From the human T2T-CHM13v2.0 reference genome, Homo sapiens, in NCBI RefSeq assembly GCF_009914755.1, contig NC_060929.1: a stretch of 64,000 bases of DNA; one strand, 5' to 3'. The notes beneath the pieces are model-generated. The model saw only the letters and a list, made by a program, of their open reading frames with translations, was not told the DNA's origin and did not search any database. A program made the translations under genes and the position numbers. Positions 51,375 through 61,907 of the stretch are shown here, piece by piece. Every line of letters begins with the position of its first letter. Within the stretch, counting starts at the first letter, position 1.

Positions 51375-52732
51375 GAATTCCCAGTAACTTCCTTGTGTTG
51401 TGTACATTCAACTCACAGAGTTGAACGTTCCCTTAGACAGAGCAGATTTGAAACACTCTTTTTGTGCAATTGGCAAGTGGAGATTTCAAGCACTTTGAGG
51501 TCAATGGCAGAAAAGGAAATATCTTCGTTTCAAAACTAGACAGAATCATTCCCACAAACTGCGTTGTGATGTGTTCGTTCATCTCACAGAGTTTAACCTT
51601 TCTTTTCATAGAGCAGTTAGGAAACAGTCTGTTTGAAAATTCTGTAAGGGGATATTCTGACATCTTGTGGCCTTCGTTGGAAACGGGATTTCTTCATATT
51701 CTGCTAGACAGAAGAATTCTCAGAATCTTCCTTGTGTTGTGTGTATTCAACTCACAGAGTTGAACGATAGTTTACACAGAGCAGATTTGAAACACTCATT
51801 TGGTGGAATTTGCAAGTGGAGATTTCAGCCGCTTTGAGGTCAATGGTAGAAAAGGAAATATCTTCGTATAACAACTAGACAGAATGATTCTCAGAAACTT
51901 CTTTGTGATGTGTGTGTTCAACTCACAGTGTTTAACCTTTCTTTTCATAGAGCAGTTAGGAAACACTGTGTTTTTAAACTCTGCAAGTGGATATTCAGAC
52001 CTCTTTGAGGCCTTCGTTGGAAACGGGTTTCTTCATACTGTGCTAGACAGAAGAATTCTCAGTAACTTCCTTGTGTTGTGTGTATTCAACTCACAGAGTT
52101 GAACGATCCTTTACACAGAGCAGACTTGAAACACTCTTTTTGTGGAATTTGCAAGTGGAGATTTCAGCCGCGTTGAGGTCAATGGTAGAAAAGGAAATAT
52201 CTTCGTATAAAAACTAGACAGAATGATTCTCAGAAACTCCTTTGTGATGTGTGTGTTCAACTCACAGAGTTTAACATTTCTTTTCATAGAGCAGTTAGGA
52301 AACACTCTGTTTGTAAAGTCTGCAAGTGGATATTCAGACCTCTTTGAGGCCTTCGTTGGAAACGGGTTTTTTTCATATAAGGCTAGACAGAAGAATTCCC
52401 AGTAACTTCCTTGTGTTGTGTGTGTTCAACTCACAGAGTTGAACTTTGATTTACACAGAGCAGATTTGAAACACTCTTTTTGTGGAATTTGCAAGTGGAG
52501 ATTTCAAGCGCTTTGAGGCCAAAGGCAGAAAAGGAAATATCTTCGTATAAAAACTAGACAGAATCATTCTCAGAAACTGCTCTGCGATGTGTGCGTTCAA
52601 CTCTCAGAGTTTAACTTTTCTTTTCATTCAGCAGTTTGGAAACACTCTGTTTGTAAAGTCTGCACGTGGATATTTTGACCACTTAGAGGCCTTCGTTGGA
52701 AACGGGTTTTTTTCCTGTAAGGCTAGACAGAA
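51375..52732 (+). repeat. HOR unit 18, minimal 8-mer A'-B'-C-D, 1358 bp
   Basis: A-marker spacing; a single C-D tetramer. Confidence 0.9.
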
Positions 52733-55700
52733 GAATTCCCAGTAACTTCCTTGTGTTGTGTACATTCAACTCACAGAGTTGAACGTTCCCTTAGACAGAG
52801 CAGATTTGAAACACACTTTTTGTGCAATTGGCAAGTGGAGATTTCAAGCGCTTTAAGGTCAATGGCATAAAAGGAAATATCTTCGTTTCAAAACTAGACA
52901 GAATCATTCCCACAAACTGCGTTGTGATGTGCTCGTTCATCTCACAGAGTTTAACCTTTCTTTTCATAGAGCAGTTAGGAAACACTCTGTTTGTAAATTC
53001 TGTAAGTGGATATTCTGACATCTTGTGGCCTTCGCTGGAAACGGGATTTCTTCATATTCTGCTAGACAGAAGAATTCTCAGAATCTTCCTTGTGTTGTGT
53101 GTATTCAACTCACACAGTTGAACGATGGTTTACACAGAGCAGACTTGTAACACTCTTTTTGTGGAATTTGCAAGTGGAGATTTCAGCCGCTTTGAAGTCA
53201 AAGGTAGAAAAGGAAATATCTTCCTATAAAAACTAGACAGAATGATTCTCAGAAACTCCTTTGTGATGTGTACGTTCAACTCACAGAGTTTAACCTTTCT
53301 TTTCATAGAGCAGTGAGGAAACACTCTGTTTGTAAAGTCTGCAAGTGGATATTGAGACCTCTTTGAGGCCTTCGTTGGAAACGGGTTTTTTTCATATAAG
53401 GCTAGACAGAAGGATTCCCAGTAACTTCCTTGTGTTGTGTGTGTTCAACTCACAGAGTTGAACTTTCATTTACAAAGAGCAGATTTGAAACACTCTTTTT
53501 GTGGAATTTGCAAGTGGAGATTTCAAGCGCTTTGAGGCCAAAGGCAGAAAAGGAAATATCTTCGTATAAAAACTAGACAGAATCATTCTCAGAAACTGCT
53601 CTGCGATGTGTGCGTTCAACTCTCAGAGTTTAACTTTTCTTTTCATTCAGCAGTTTGGAAACACTCTGTTTGTAACGTCTGCACGTGAATAATTTGACCA
53701 CTTAGAGGCCTTCGTTGGAAACGGGTTTTTTTCATGTAAGGCTAGACAGAAGAATTCTCAGTAACTTCCTTGTGTTGTGTGTATTCAACTCACAGAGTTG
53801 AACGATCCTTTACACAGAGCAGACTTGTAACACTCTTTTTGTGGAATTTGCAAGTGGAGATTTCAGCCGCTTTGAAGTCAAATGTAGAAAAGGAAATATC
53901 TTCCTATAAAAACTAGACAGAATGATTCTCAGAAACTCCTTTGTGATGTGTGCGTTCAACTCACAGAGTTTAACCTTTCTTTTCATAGAGCAGTTAGGAA
54001 ACACTCTGCTTGTAAAGTCTGCAAGTGGATATTCAGCCCTCTTTGAGGCCTTCGTTGGAAACGGGTTTTTTTCATATAAGGCTAGACAGAAGAATTCCCA
54101 GTAACTTCCTTGTGTTGTGTGTGTTCAACTCACAGAGTTGAACTTTCATTTACACAGAGCAGATTTGAAACACTCTTTTTGTGGAATTTGCAAGTGGAGA
54201 TTTCAAGCGCTTTGAGGCCAAAGGCAGAAAAGGAAATATCTTCGTATAAAAACTAGACAGAATCATTCTCAGAAGCTGCTCTGCGATGTGTGCGTTCAAC
54301 TCTCAGAGTTTAACTTTTCTTTTCATTCAGCAGTTTGGAAACACTCTGTTTGTAAAGTCTGCACGTGGATAATTTGACCACTTAGAGGCCTTCGTTGGAA
54401 ACGGGTTTTTTTCATGTAAGGCTAGACAGAAGAGTTCTCAGTAACTTCCTTGTGTTGTGTGTATTCAACTCACACAGTTGAACGATCCTTTACAGAGAGC
54501 AGACTTGTAACACTCTTTTTGTGGAATTTGCAAGTGGAGATTTCAGCCGCTTTGAAGTCAAAGTAGAAAAGGAAATATCTTCCTATAAAAACTAGACAGA
54601 ATGATTCTCAGAAACTCCTTTGTGATGTGTGCGTTCAACTCACAGAGTTTAACCTTTCTTTTCATAGAGCAGTTAGGAAACACTCTGTTTGTAAAGTCTG
54701 CAAGTGGATATTCAGACCTCTTTGAGGCCTTCGTTGGAAACGGGTTTTTTTCATATAAGGCTAGACAGAAGAATTCCCAGTAACTTCCTTGTGTTGTGTG
54801 TGTTCAACTCACAGAGTTGAACTTTCATTTACACAGAGCAGATTTGAAACACTCTTTTTGTGGAATTTGCAGGTGGAGATTTCAAGCGCTTTGAGGCCAA
54901 AGGCAGAAAAGGAAATATCTTCGTATAAAAACTAGACAGAATCATTCTCAGAAACTGCTCTGCGATGTGTGCGTTCAACTCTCAGAGTTTAACTTTTCTT
55001 TTCATTCAGCAGTTTGGAAACACTCTGTTTGTAAAGTCTGCACGTGGATAATTTGACCACTTAGAGGCCTTCGTTGGAAACGGGTTTTTTTCATGTAAGG
55101 CTAGACAGAAGAATTCTCAGTAACTTCCTTGTGTTGTGTGTATTCAACTCACAGAGTTGAACGATCCTTTACACAGAGCAGACTTGTAACACTCTTTTTG
55201 TGGAATTTGCAAGTGGAGATTTCAGCCGCTTTGAAGTCAAAGGTAGAAAAGGAAATATCTTCCTATAAAAACTAGACAGAATGATTCTCAGAAACTCCTT
55301 TGTGATGTGTGCGTTCAACTCACAGAGTTTAACCTTTCTTTTCATAGAGCAGTTAGGAAACACTCTGCTTGTAAAGTCTGCAAGTGGATATTCAGCCCTC
55401 TTTGAGGCCTTCGTTGGAAACGGGTTTTTTTCATATAAGGCTAGACAGAAGAATTCCCAGTAACTTCCTTGTGTTGTGTGTGTTCAACTCACAGAGTTGA
55501 ACTTTCATTTACACAGAGCAGATTTGAAACACTCTTTTTGTGGAATTTGCAAGTGGAGATTTCAAGCGCTGTGAGGCCAAAGGCAGAAAAGGAAATATCT
55601 TCGTATAAAAACTAGACAGAATCATTCTCAGAAACTGCTCTGCGATGTGTGCGTTCAACTCTCAGAGTTTAACTTTTCTTTTCATTCAGCAGTTTGGAAA

Positions 55701-58509
55701 CACTCTGTTTGTAAAGTCTGCACGTGGATAATTTGACCACTTAGAGGCCTTCGTTGGAAACGGGTTTTTTTCATGTAAGGCTAGACAGAAGAATTCTCAG
55801 TAACTTCCTTGTGTTGTGTGTATTCAACTCACAGAGTTGAACGATCCTTTACACAGAGCAGACTTGTAACACTCTTTTTGTGGAATTTGCAAGTGGAGAT
55901 TTCAGCCGCTTTGAAGTCAAAGGTAGAAAAGGAAATATCTTCCTATAAAAACTAGACAGAATGATTCTCAGAAACTCCTTTGTGATGTGTACGTTCAACT
56001 CACAGAGTTTAACCTTTCTTTTCATAGAGCAGTTAGGAAACACTCTGTTTGTAAAGTCTGCAAGTGGATATTGAGACCTCTTTGAGGCCTTCGTTGGAAA
56101 CGGGTTTTTTTCATATAAGGCTAGACAGAAGGATTCCCAGTAACTTCCTTGTGTTGTGTGTGTTCAACTCACAGAGTTGAACTTTCATTTACAAAGAGCA
56201 GATTTGAAACACTCTTTTTGTGGAATTTGCAAGTGGAGATTTCAAGCGCTTTGAGGCCAAAGGCAGAAAAGGAAATATCTTCGTATAAAAACTAGACAGA
56301 ATCATTCTCAGAAACTGCTCTGCGATGTGTGCGTTCAACTCTCAGAGTTTAACTTTTCTTTTCATTCAGCAGTTTGGAAACACTCTGTTTGTAACGTCTG
56401 CACGTGAATAATTTGACCACTTAGAGGCCTTCGTTGGAAACGGGTTTTTTTCATGTAAGGCTAGACAGAAGAATTCTCAGTAACTTCCTTGTGTTGTGTG
56501 TATTCAACTCACAGAGTTGAACGATCCTTTACACAGAGCAGACTTGTAACACTCTTTTTGTGGAATTTGCAAGTGGAGATTTCAGCCGCTTTGAAGTCAA
56601 ATGTAGAAAAGGAAATATCTTCCTATAAAAACTAGACAGAATGATTCTCAGAAACTCCTTTGTGATGTGTGCGTTCAACTCACAGAGTTTAACCTTTCTT
56701 TTCATAGAGCAGTTAGGAAACACTCTGCTTGTAAAGTCTGCAAGTGGATATTCAGCCCTCTTTGAGGCCTTCGTTGGAAACGGGTTTTTTTCATATAAGG
56801 CTAGACAGAAGAATTCCCAGTAACTTCCTTGTGTTGTGTGTGTTCAACTCACAGAGTTGAACTTTCATTTACACAGAGCAGATTTGAAACACTCTTTTTG
56901 TGGAATTTGCAAGTGGAGATTTCAAGCGCTTTGAGGCCAAAGGCAGAAAAGGAAATATCTTCGTATAAAAACTAGACAGAATCATTCTCAGAAGCTGCTC
57001 GGCGATGTGTGCGTTCAACTCTCAGAGTTTAACTTTTCTTTTCATTCAGCAGTTTGGAAACACTCTGTTTGTAAAGTCTGCACGTGGATAATTTGACCAC
57101 TTAGAGGCCTTCGTTGGAAACGGGTTTTTTTCATGTAAGGCTAGACAGAAGAGTTCTCAGTAACTTCCTTGTGTTGTGTGTATTCAACTCACACAGTTGA
57201 ACGATCCTTTACAGAGAGCAGACTTGTAACACTCTTTTTGTGGAATTTGCAAGTGGAGATTTCAGCCGCTTTGAAGTCAAAGTAGAAAAGGAAATATCTT
57301 CCTATAAAAACTAGACAGAATGATTCTCAGAAACTCCTTTGTGATGTGTGCGTTCAACTCACAGAGTTTAACCTTTCTTTTCATAGAGCAGTTAGGAAAC
57401 ACTCTGTTTGTAAAGTCTGCAAGTGGATATTCAGACCTCTTTGAGGCCTTCGTTGGAAACGGGTTTTTTTCATATAAGGCTAGACAGAAGAATTCCCAGT
57501 AACTTCCTTGTGTTGTGTGTGTTCAACTCACAGAGTTGAACTTTCATTTACACAGAGCAGATTTGAAACACTCTTTTTGTGGAATTTGCAGGTGGAGATT
57601 TCAAGCGCTTTGAGGCCAAAGGCAGAAAAGGAAATATCTTCGTATAAAAACTAGACAGAATCATTCTCAGAAACTGCTCTGCGATGTGTGCGTTCAACTC
57701 TCAGAGTTTAACTTTTCTTTTCATTCAGCAGTTTGGAAACACTCTGTTTGTAAAGTCTGCACGTGGATAATTTGACCACTTAGAGGCCTTCGTTGGAAAC
57801 GGGTTTTTTTCATGTAAGGCTAGACAGAAGAATTCTCAGTAACTTCCTTGTGTTGTGTGTATTCAACTCACAGAGTTGAACGATCCTTTACACAGAGCAG
57901 ACTTGTAACACTCTTTTTGTGGAATTTGCAAGTGGAGATTTCAGCCGCTTTGAAGTCAAAGGTAGAAAAGGAAATATCTTCCTATAAAAACTAGACAGAA
58001 TGATTCTCAGAAACTCCTTTGTGATGTGTGCGTTCAACTCACAGAGTTTAACCTTTCTTTTCATAGAGCAGTTAGGAAACACTCTGCTTGTAAAGTCTGC
58101 AAGTGGATATTCAGCCCTCTTTGAGGCCTTCGTTGGAAACGGGTTTTTTTCATATAAGGCTAGACAGAAGAATTCCCAGTAACTTCCTTGTGTTGTGTGT
58201 GTTCAACTCACAGAGTTGAACTTTGATTTACACAGAGCAGATTTGAAACACTCTTTTTGTGGAATTTGCAAGTGGAGATTTCAAGCGCTTTGAGGCCAAA
58301 GGCAGAAAAGGAAATATCTTCGTATAAAAACTAGACAGAATCATTCTCAGAAACTGCTCTGCGATGTGTGCGTTCAACTCTCAGAGTTTAACTTTTCTTT
58401 TCATTCAGCAGTTTGGAAACACTCTGTTTGTAAAGTCTGCACGTGGATATTTTGACCACTTAGAGGCCTTCGTTGGAAACGGGTTTTTTTCCTGTAAGGC
58501 TAGACAGAA
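52733..58509 (+). repeat. HOR unit 19, 34-mer A-(C-D)8 lacking a full B dimer, 5777 bp
   Basis: B/C hybrid near 53135 followed by eight C-D tetramers. Confidence 0.88.
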
Positions 58510-61500
58510 GAATTCCCAGTAACTTCCTTGTGTTGTGTACATTCAACTCACAGAGTTGAACGTTCCCTTAGACAGAGCAGATTTGAAACACTCTTTTTGT
58601 GCAATTGGCAAGTGGAGATTTCAAGCGCTTTAAGGTCAATGGCAGAAAAGGAAATATCTTCGTTTCAAAACTAGAGAGAATCATTCCCAAAAACTGCGTT
58701 GTGATGTGTTCGTTCATCTCACAGAGTTTAACCTTTCTTTTCATAGAGCAGTTAGGAAACAGTCTGTTTGTAAATTCTGTAAGTGGATATTCTGACATCT
58801 TGTGGCCTTCGTTGGAAACGGGATTTCTTCATATTCTGCTAGACAGAAGAATTCTCAGAATCTTCCTTGTGTTGTGTGTATTCAACTCACAGAGTTGAAC
58901 GATGGTTTACACAGAGCAGATTTGAAACACTCTTTTTGTGGAATTTGCAAGTGGAGATTTCAGCCGCTTTGAGGTCAATGGTAGAAAAGGAAATATCTTC
59001 GTATAAAAACTAGACAGAATGATTCTCAGAAACTTCTTTGTGATGTGTGCGTTCAACTCACAGAGTTTAACCTTTCTTTTCATAGAGCAGTTAGGAAACA
59101 CTCTGTTTGTAAACTCTGCAAGTGGATATTCAGACCTCTTTGAGGCCTTCGTTGGAAACGGGATTTCTTCATACTGTGCTAGACAGAAGAATTCTCAGTA
59201 ACTTCCTTGTGTTGTGTGTATTCAACTCACAGAGTTGACCGATCCTTTACACAGAGCAGACTTGTAACACTCTTTTTGTGGAATTTGCAAGTGGAGATTT
59301 CAGCCGCTTTGAAGTCAAAGGTAGAAAAGGGAATATCTTCCTATAAAAACTAGACAGAATGATTCTCAGAAACTCCTTTGTCATGTGTGCGTTCAACTCA
59401 CAGAGTTTAACCTTTCTTTTCATAGAGCAGTTAGGAAACACTCTGTTTCTAAAGTCTGCAAGTGGATATTCAGACCTCTTTGAGGCCTTCGTTGGAAACG
59501 GGTTTTTTTCATATAAGGCTAGAGAGAAGAATTCCCAGTAACTTCCTTGTGTTGTGTGTGTTCAACTCACAGAGTTGAACTTTCATTTACACAGAGCAGA
59601 TTTGAAACACTCTTTTTGTGGAATTTGCAAGTGGAGATTTCAAGCGCTGTGAGGCCAAAGGCAGAAAAGGAAATATCTTCGTATAAAAACTAGACAGAAT
59701 CATTCTCAGAAACTGCTCTGCGATGTGTGCGTTCAACTCTCAGAGTTTAACTTTTCTTTTCATTCAGCAGTTTGGAAACACTCTGTTTGTAAAGTCTGCA
59801 CGTGGATAATTTGACCACTTAGAGGCCTTCGTTGGAAACGGTTTTTTTTCATGTAAGGCTAGACAGAAGAATTCTCAGTAACTTCCTTGTGTTGTGTGTA
59901 TTCAACTCACACAGTTGAACGATCCTTTACACAGAGCAGACTTGTAACACTCTTTTTGTGGAATTTGCAAGTGGAGATTTCAGCCGCTTTGAAGTCAAAT
60001 GTAGAAAAGGAAATATCTTCCTATAAAAACTAGACAGAAAGATTCTCAGAAACTCCTTTGTGATGTGTGCGTTCAACTCACAGAGTTTAACCTTTCTTTT
60101 CATAGAGCAGTTAGGAAACACTCTGTTTGTAAAGTCTGCAAGTGGATATTCAGACCTCTTTGAGGCCTTCGTTGGAAACGGGTTTTTTTCATATAAGGCT
60201 AGACAGAAGAATTCCCAGTAACTTCCTTGTGTTGTGTGTGTTCAACTCACAGAGTTGAACTTTCATTTACACAGAGCAGATTTGAAACACTCTTTTTGTG
60301 GAATTTGCAAGTGGAGATTTCAAGCGCTTTGAGGCCAAAGGCAGAAAAGGAAATATCTTCGTATAAAAACTAGACAGAATCATTCTCAGAAACTGCTCTG
60401 TGATGTGTGCGTTCAACTCTCAGAGTTTAACTTTTCTTTTCATTCAGCAGTTTGGAAACACTCTGTTTGTAAAGTCTGCACGTGGATAATTTGACCACTT
60501 AGAGGCCTTCGTTGGAAACGGGTTTTTTTCATGTAAGGCTAGACAGAAGAGTTCTCAGTAACTTCCTTGTGTTGTGTGTATTCAACTCACACAGTTGAAC
60601 GATCCTTTACAGAGAGCAGACTTGTAACACTCTTTTTGTGGAATTTGCAAGTGGAGATTTCAGCCGCTTTGAAGTCAAAGTAGAAAAGGAAATATCTTCC
60701 TATAAAAACTAGACAGAATGATTCTCAGAAACTCCTTTGTGATGTGTGCGTTCAACTCACAGAGTTTAACCTTTCTTTTCATAGAGCAGTTAGGAAACAC
60801 TCTGTTTGTAAAGTCTGCAAGTGGATATTCAGACCTCTTTGAGGCCTTCGTTGGAAACGGGTTTTTTTCATATAAGGCTAGACAGAAGAATTCCCAGTAA
60901 CTTCCTTGTGTTGTGTGTGTTCAACTCACAGAGTTGAACTTTCATTTACACAGAGCAGATTTGAAACACTCTTTTTGTGGAATTTGCAGGTGGAGATTTC
61001 AAGCGCTTTGAGGCCAAAGGCAGAAAAGGAAATATCTTCGTATAAAAACTAGACAGAATCATTCTCAGAAACTGCTCTGCGATGTGTGCGTTCAACTCTC
61101 AGAGTTTAACTTTTCTTTTCATTCAGCAGTTTGGAAACACTCTGTTTGTAAAGTCTGCACGTGGATAATTTGACCACTTAGAGGCCTTCGTTGGAAACGG
61201 GTTTTTTTCATGTAAGGCTAGACAGAAGAATTCTCAGTAACTTCCTTGTGTTGTGTGTATTCAACTCACAGAGTTGAACGATCCTTTACACAGAGCAGAC
61301 TTGTAACACTCTTTTTGTGGAATTTGCAAGTGGAGATTTCAGCCGCTTTGAAGTCAAAGGTAGAAAAGGAAATATCTTCCTATAAAAACTAGACAGAATG
61401 ATTCTCAGAAACTCCTTTGTGATGTGTGCGTTCAACTCACAGAGTTTAACCTTTCTTTTCATAGAGCAGTTAGGAAACACTCTGCTTGTAAAGTCTGCAA

Positions 61501-61907
61501 GTGGATATTCAGCCCTCTTTGAGGCCTTCGTTGGAAACGGGTTTTTTTCATATAAGGCTAGACAGAAGAATTCCCAGTAACTTCCTTGTGTTGTGTGTGT
61601 TCAACTCACAGAGTTGAACTTTCATTTACACAGAGCAGATTTGAAACACTCTTTTTGTGGAATTTGCAAGTGGAGATTTCAAGCGCTTTGAGGCCAAAGG
61701 CAGAAAAGGAAATATCTTCGTATAAAAACTAGACAGAATCATTCTCAGAAACTGCTCTGCGATGTGTGCGTTCAACTCTCAGAGTTTAACTTTTCTTTTC
61801 ATTCAGCAGTTTGGAAACACTCTGTTTGTAAAGTCTGCACGTGGATATTTTGACCACTTAGAGGCCTTCGTTGGAAACGGGTTTTTTTCCTGTAAGGCTA
61901 GACAGAA
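58510..61907 (+). repeat. HOR unit 20, 20-mer, 3398 bp
   Basis: A-marker spacing. Confidence 0.9.
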
